Source: Pseudomonadota bacterium (lineage in GTDB: Bacteria > Pseudomonadota > Gammaproteobacteria > Burkholderiales > Burkholderiaceae_C). From it: a stretch of DNA of 32,000 bases. A model generated the notes under the pieces. That model was not told the origin of the DNA, did not search any database, and worked only from the letters and a program-made list of their open reading frames with translations. Within the stretch, counting starts at the first letter, position 1; each line of letters starts with the position of its first letter. Of the stretch, positions 27,443 through 32,000 are shown in pieces. Where the stretch lies: the NCBI GenBank assembly GCA_046046915.1, contig JBJOIT010000009.1, forward strand, positions 41,483 to 73,482. Reading direction: 5' to 3'. The translations under genes were made by a program, and so were the position numbers.

Positions 27443-29623
27443 TTGAACACGCCACAAACTCACTCTCCCGCCGACCACCTGATCCTGCACAGCACCAACA
27501 GCTCGCTGGTGCTGGAAAGACGCATCGACGAAGCGCCTATCTGGCGCTACTGGGGCCCGCGGCTACCTGACCAAGCCACGCCCGGCATGGACTTGCGCGC
27601 CACCCGCCCCTTGCCCTCTTTCATGCTCGACCTCGACCAGCCGCTGACCCTGGCGCCCACCTTTGGCGTGGGTTGGTTTGGTCAAAGCGCCCTGCTGGCG
27701 CACCGTGACGGGCAGGACTTTGCCCAAGGCTTCACAGCCTGCGAGGTGGAGTGGCTGCAGCGCGATGCACAGGCCAGCGCCGTGCGGCTCTTGCTGCGCG
27801 ACCCGGTGGCCCGCCTGCTGCTGGCCGTGACGCTCAGGCTGGATGCCGCAAGCGATGTGCTCACACTCAGCAGCGCCCTCACCAACCAGAGCGATCAGTC
27901 CATCGACGTGCAGTGGCTGGCCGCCGGCACCTTGCCCCTGCCCGGCCACAGCCAGACCGTGCGGTTTTATGCGGGCCAGCACGTCAACGAATTCATCGAA
28001 TGCAACGAGCCACTGACACGCAGCCTGTGGCGGCGCGAAAGCCGGCGCGGGCGCACCTCGCACGATTGCTTTCCGGGCGCCGTGGTCAGCACCCCGGGCA
28101 CGACCGACGATGCCGGCCTGGTGTTTGGCGCGCACCTGGCCTGGTCGGGCAACCACCAGCAAACCATCGAGTGGCTGCACGACGGTCAGTACCAGTGGCA
28201 AATGGGCGAATGGCTGGCGCCCGGCGAGGGCCGACTGGACGCTGGCGCCACTCTGCAAACACCCGAGCTGGTGGCCAGCTGCTCGCAGGCCGGCTACAAC
28301 GGCCTGGCAGCCAACTTCCACGCCGAGCTGCGCGCGCGCCTGAACTGGCCCGGCGGCCAGATGCGCCCACGCCCGGTGCACCTCAACACCTGGGAGGGCT
28401 TTTACTTCGACGTCTACCCAGACAAGGTCAAGTCGCTGGCCGACGCAGCGGCGGCTGTGGGCATCGAGCGCTTTGTGCTCGACGATGGCTGGTTTCACGG
28501 CCGCCACCACGACCGCGCGGCACTGGGTGACTGGTGGCCGGATGAGACCAAGTTCCCGGCGGGCCTCGGGGACTTGATTGCGCACGTCAACGGTCTGGGC
28601 ATGGAGTTTGGCCTGTGGGTCGAGCCCGAAATGGTCAACCCCGACAGCGAGCTGTTTCGCAGCCACCCCGACTGGGCCCTGCAAGTGGCAGGCCGCCCCC
28701 TGATCACGGCCCGCAATCAGCTGGTGCTGGATATTTCACGGCCCGAGGCCAGTGACTATCTGTTCGAGAAAATCTCGGCCCTGCTGGCGGCGCACGCGAT
28801 TGGCTACCTCAAATGGGACCACAACCGCGACCTGGCCCCGGCCGGTCTGGCCAATGGCACGGCAGGCTATCGGGCCCAGGTGCATGCCGCCTACACCCTG
28901 ATGGCTCGGCTGCGCGCAGCCCACCCCCAAGTCGAGATCGAAAGCTGCTCGGGCGGCGGCGGGCGCATTGACTTTGCGGTGCTGCGCCACACGCACCGGG
29001 TCTGGACCAGCGACTGCATCGACGCACTTTCCAGGGTCAACATCCAGCGCGGCTTTTTGCAGTTTTTCCCACCCGAGATCATGGGTGCACATGTGGGCAC
29101 CGCCCCGGCTCACACCACCGGCCGCACCCAGAACATGGCTTTTCGGGCCGCCGTGGCGCTGCCCGGCCACCTGGGCGTGGAGCTTGACGTGCGCCACCTC
29201 AACGCGGCCGACACCACCGAGCTGCGCCATTGGATCACCCTCTACAAGCAGCTGCGCGAGCGCCTGCACAGCGGCCAGGTTTGGCGCGGCACGGTCGACG
29301 ATGGCCTGGTCTGGCAAGCCCATGGCGACGCCGATGCCGCAGACGTGCTGCTGCTGGTGTACCGCGTGGCACCCACCTCGCACCGCTACACCCCCACGCT
29401 GCGCCTGCCCATGCTGGACACCGCTGCCCGCTACCGGGTGCGCGAGCTGTTGCCCGAAGGCACGGTGCGCGCCAGCGGCCCCCACCACACGGCGCCCTTC
29501 TTTGACGCCCTCAACACCGCCGACGGCTTGCGCCTGGATGGTGCCTGGCTGGCACAGGCCGGCCTGCCGCTACCCCGTGCGCAAGCCGAAACCGCCTTCA
29601 TCGTGCGTCTGCAACGCGAGTAA
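27443..29623 (+). CDS. Glycoside hydrolase family 36 alpha-galactosidase (AgaA/RafA-like)
   Basis: 726-aa ORF. GH36 catalytic motifs are YLKWDHNRDL (nucleophile Asp) and IESCSGGGGRIDFAVL (acid/base Asp), plus FVLDDGWF. The only in-frame start upstream of the conserved N-terminal domain is the TTG at 27443, and it has no obvious RBS. Confidence 0.9.
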   Translation: MNTPQTHSPADHLILHSTNSSLVLERRIDEAPIWRYWGPRLPDQATPGMDLRATRPLPSFMLDLDQPLTLAPTFGVGWFGQSALLAHRDGQDFAQGFTACEVEWLQRDAQASAVRLLLRDPVARLLLAVTLRLDAASDVLTLSSALTNQSDQSIDVQWLAAGTLPLPGHSQTVRFYAGQHVNEFIECNEPLTRSLWRRESRRGRTSHDCFPGAVVSTPGTTDDAGLVFGAHLAWSGNHQQTIEWLHDGQYQWQMGEWLAPGEGRLDAGATLQTPELVASCSQAGYNGLAANFHAELRARLNWPGGQMRPRPVHLNTWEGFYFDVYPDKVKSLADAAAAVGIERFVLDDGWFHGRHHDRAALGDWWPDETKFPAGLGDLIAHVNGLGMEFGLWVEPEMVNPDSELFRSHPDWALQVAGRPLITARNQLVLDISRPEASDYLFEKISALLAAHAIGYLKWDHNRDLAPAGLANGTAGYRAQVHAAYTLMARLRAAHPQVEIESCSGGGGRIDFAVLRHTHRVWTSDCIDALSRVNIQRGFLQFFPPEIMGAHVGTAPAHTTGRTQNMAFRAAVALPGHLGVELDVRHLNAADTTELRHWITLYKQLRERLHSGQVWRGTVDDGLVWQAHGDADAADVLLLVYRVAPTSHRYTPTLRLPMLDTAARYRVRELLPEGTVRASGPHHTAPFFDALNTADGLRLDGAWLAQAGLPLPRAQAETAFIVRLQRE

Positions 29624-29629
29624 ACCCCC

Positions 29630-30637
29630 ATGAACATTCTTGTGACCGGCGGCGCCGGCTACATCGGCAGCCACACCACCTTGCAACTGCTGCAGGCCGG
29701 CCTGAACCCGGTGGTGCTGGACAACCTGTGCAACAGCAAACCCGCGGTACTAGACCGTGTGGCCCAGCTGGCCGGGCGCGCGCCCACCTTTGTGCCTGGC
29801 GATGTGCGCGACGGCGCCTTGCTGGCACACGTGCTGAAAGAACACGCCATAGCCGCAGTCATCCACTTTGCCGGGCTCAAGGCAGTGGGTGACTCGGTGG
29901 CACAGCCTCTGGCCTACTACGACAACAACGTGCAAGGCAGCCTGGTGCTGCTGGCCGCCATGCGCGAGGCCGGCGTGCGCACGTTGGTGTTCAGCTCCTC
30001 TGCCACGGTCTATGCCGAATCCACCGTGATGCCGCTGCGCGAAGATGCAGCGCTGTCTCCCAGCAACCCCTACGGTCGCACCAAGCTGATGGTGGAGCAG
30101 ATCCTGGCCGACGTGGTGGCCAGCGAACCCGGCTGGTCCATGACCGCCCTGCGCTACTTCAACCCGGTCGGCGCGCATGAGAGCGGCCAGATGGGCGAAG
30201 ACCCGCAAGGCGTGCCCAACAACCTCATGCCCTTCATCGCCCAGGTGGCGGTGGGCCGGCGTGCCGCCCTGCAGGTCTTTGGCAGCGACTACCCCACGGT
30301 GGATGGCACTGGCGTGCGCGACTACATCCATGTGATGGACCTGGCCGAGGGCCACCTGGCCGCCTTGCGTCATGGCCATGGTCAGGCCGGTCTGCACACC
30401 TACAACCTGGGCGCAGGCCACGGTCACAGCGTGCTGCAAATGCTGGCGGCTTTCAGCCGAGCTTGCGGACGCGAACTGCCCCACACCGTGGCACCGCGCC
30501 GCGCCGGCGATCTGGCCGCTTATTGGGCCGACCCCTCCAAAGCCGCGGCCGAACTGGGCTGGCGCGTGAGCCGGGGCCTGGACCAAATGTGTGTGGACAC
30601 TTGGCGCTGGCAGTCGAACAACCCGCAGGGTTATTGA
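29630..30637 (+). CDS. galE: UDP-glucose 4-epimerase
   Basis: 335-aa ORF. NAD-binding motif: ILVTGGAGYIGSH. SDR catalytic motifs: SSSATVY and PYGRTK (YxxxK). The C-terminal WRWQSNNPQGY is typical of GalE. It starts 6 nt after the GH36 stop. Confidence 0.95.
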   Translation: MNILVTGGAGYIGSHTTLQLLQAGLNPVVLDNLCNSKPAVLDRVAQLAGRAPTFVPGDVRDGALLAHVLKEHAIAAVIHFAGLKAVGDSVAQPLAYYDNNVQGSLVLLAAMREAGVRTLVFSSSATVYAESTVMPLREDAALSPSNPYGRTKLMVEQILADVVASEPGWSMTALRYFNPVGAHESGQMGEDPQGVPNNLMPFIAQVAVGRRAALQVFGSDYPTVDGTGVRDYIHVMDLAEGHLAALRHGHGQAGLHTYNLGAGHGHSVLQMLAAFSRACGRELPHTVAPRRAGDLAAYWADPSKAAAELGWRVSRGLDQMCVDTWRWQSNNPQGY

Positions 30638-32000
30638 GACACCGCAAAAAACACCCTGGAAGCGCCACGAATGATTTCAAGGTGCCTTTCCCGCCTTTTT
30701 GGCAAGCAACTTGGCCAGCGACACATGGGGCTTCTTGGGATCGTGCGCCCGCTTGGCTACAGGCTTGGGCGCTGTCTTGCGCGGGCGCGCCTTGGCGTAG
30801 CGCTTGAGCGGTACCAGGCGTGCCTGCTCCAGCAGCCACTGCGCCATGACGAGCGCGCTCAGGCCGTTGAAGACCTCCCAGTCCTCGGGCTCGACAGCTT
30901 GGCCTGGATCTCGGCTCCATGCGCGGCGCGCAGCGCCGCCTTGACCACGCCCAGCACGTTGAAGACTACCATGGCGCAGGCCAGCGCAAACAGCGCTGCG
31001 GGCGGGTAGCTCAGCGTGTTGACCTCGCAGCGCAGTTGTACGGTCAGGTGCAGGAAGGCGCGCTCGATGGTCCAGCGCTGGCGGTACAGCCGGGCCAGCG
31101 TGGGCGCATCGGCCACGCTCTCGGGCACGGTGCTGAGCAGGTACAGCTCGCTCTCGCCGTGGCGCGTGGGCGCGTCGAGTTCGACCCGTATGCGCCGCAG
31201 CTTGACGCCCTCGCGCCCGTCGGGGCGGGGCTTGAGCTGCACCCACTGCTCGCTCACGACGCTGTCGGCGCCCTCGGGCCGCGCCTGCCCCCGCATCGCC
31301 TCCAGCGGCTTGACGCGCAAATGGTCGTGCTCGCGGATCAGCGAGTACGCGCCTCGGTCCTCCAGCTCGCCCAGGAAGCCCTCGGTGCAGAAGTTGCGGT
31401 CCGCCAGCCACACCTGGCGCGCACCCACCAGCGGCCCCACCTGCCCCAGCAGCGAGCGCTCCTGCGCGTGCCCGTCCTCGCACGGCACGATCGCCTCGAT
31501 CGTCTCGCGCTGCGGATCGAACACCACCAGCGCCTTACCCGGCAGCGGCGCGGCCGTGCTCGTGCGCGTGACTTTCAACCGATGCTGACGCCCGTTCAAG
31601 CAGTTGCCGTCGAGCACCCGTACCGGCAGCCCCGCCAGCACCTCCACCGCCGCCCCGGGCAGGGCATCGATCACCTCGCGCGAGCGCTGCGCCGCAAAGC
31701 TCACCAGCGCCGCCGAGGTACTCGGCTCCAGGCCGTTGAGCTTGTTGTACACCGACGCCAGCGACACCCCCACGTCGGCCTCGGCCTCCAGCCACGCCGC
31801 CCGGATCGAGCCGCTTTGGCGCAGCACCACCTGCGTCATCAGCTCGAACAGGGTCGAGAAGAGCAGCTTTCTCGTGTACTGCTGCTGCGCCACCGTCTCG
31901 AACCAGCGGTCGAGCTGCGTCGCATCGAGCTCGCGCTGCAGCAGCGCGCGCATCATCACCGGCAGCGGGGCCTTCTCCGCGAAGCGCTTGAGGAGGGGGC
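30638..32000 (-). mobile_element. Partial IS4-family insertion sequence (one end within about 30638..30676; the other end is beyond the window)
   Basis: It contains a DDE transposase gene on the minus strand that runs off the window end. It begins directly after galE. The terminal inverted repeat cannot be defined because only one end is present. Confidence 0.75.
30677..32000 (-). pseudogene. IS4-family DDE transposase (DDE_Tnp_1-like), N-terminus outside the window, reading frame disrupted near the C-terminus
   Basis: Track ORF 30859..31959 carries the DDE regions: VRVLDGNCL, VWLADRNFCT and LYRQRWTIERAF. The frame stays open upstream to base 32000 (...PLLKRFAEKAPLPVMM...). It terminates as ...AHGAEIQAKLSSPRTGRSSTA*. 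The expected basic C-terminus (EPEDWEVFNGLSALVMAQWLLEQARLVPLKRYAKARPRKTAPKPVAKRAHDPKKPHVSLAKLL...) is in a different frame, at the end of track ORF 30677..31483. Confidence 0.65.

Noticed and set aside
27563-28684. 373-aa minus-strand ORF. Similar antisense ORFs lie at 25663..26562, 26763..27392, 28736..29488 and 29750..30586.
   Set aside because: All lie antisense to or out of frame with the GH42, GH36 and galE genes, whose catalytic motifs are clear. None shows recognisable motifs or plausible starts.
30880-30910. Programmed ribosomal frameshift in the IS transposase
   Set aside because: There is no slippery heptamer (A-AAA-AAG type) and no downstream structure at the frame junction. IS4-family transposases are normally a single ORF, so a mutation or deletion is more likely.
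30677-31483. 268-aa minus-strand ORF as an independent gene
   Set aside because: Most of it is an out-of-frame, Arg/Ala/Gly-rich overlap of the transposase gene. Only its last 70 or so codons look genuine, and I interpret them as the displaced transposase C-terminus.

Overview
High-GC window that looks betaproteobacterial, probably Burkholderiales or Comamonadaceae; that assignment is inferred from gene content and sequence style only. Almost all of it is explained by conventional genes. (1) 1-10.8 kb is housekeeping: partial mltA, a possible 52-aa membrane ORF, a FixJ/LuxR response regulator, a PAS histidine kinase and a 1363-aa YhdP/AsmA2-like protein on the minus strand, then divergent glnE. 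(2) 10.81-11.39 kb is a non-coding, near-complete imperfect palindrome of about 575 bp between the convergent glnE and efflux genes. (3) 11.4-17.9 kb is a minus-strand tetR-OMF-MFP-RND efflux operon with a palindromic operator upstream. (4) 18.0-30.6 kb is a galactoside utilisation cluster. It holds a LacI regulator, a GH4 alpha-galactosidase, a sugar ABC binding protein and two permeases on the minus strand. Divergently on the plus strand it holds the ABC ATPase, a GH42 beta-galactosidase, a GH36 alpha-galactosidase and galE. (5) 30.64-32.0 kb is a partial IS4-family insertion sequence whose transposase reading frame is broken. I recognised no rRNA, tRNA or CRISPR array, and no obvious novel protein-coding system such as defence, toxin-antitoxin or secretion. 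The feature least explained by standard annotation is the long foldback repeat at 10812-11386, whose left arm also supplies the last codons and stop of glnE. The many long ORFs antisense to real genes look like high-GC artefacts.
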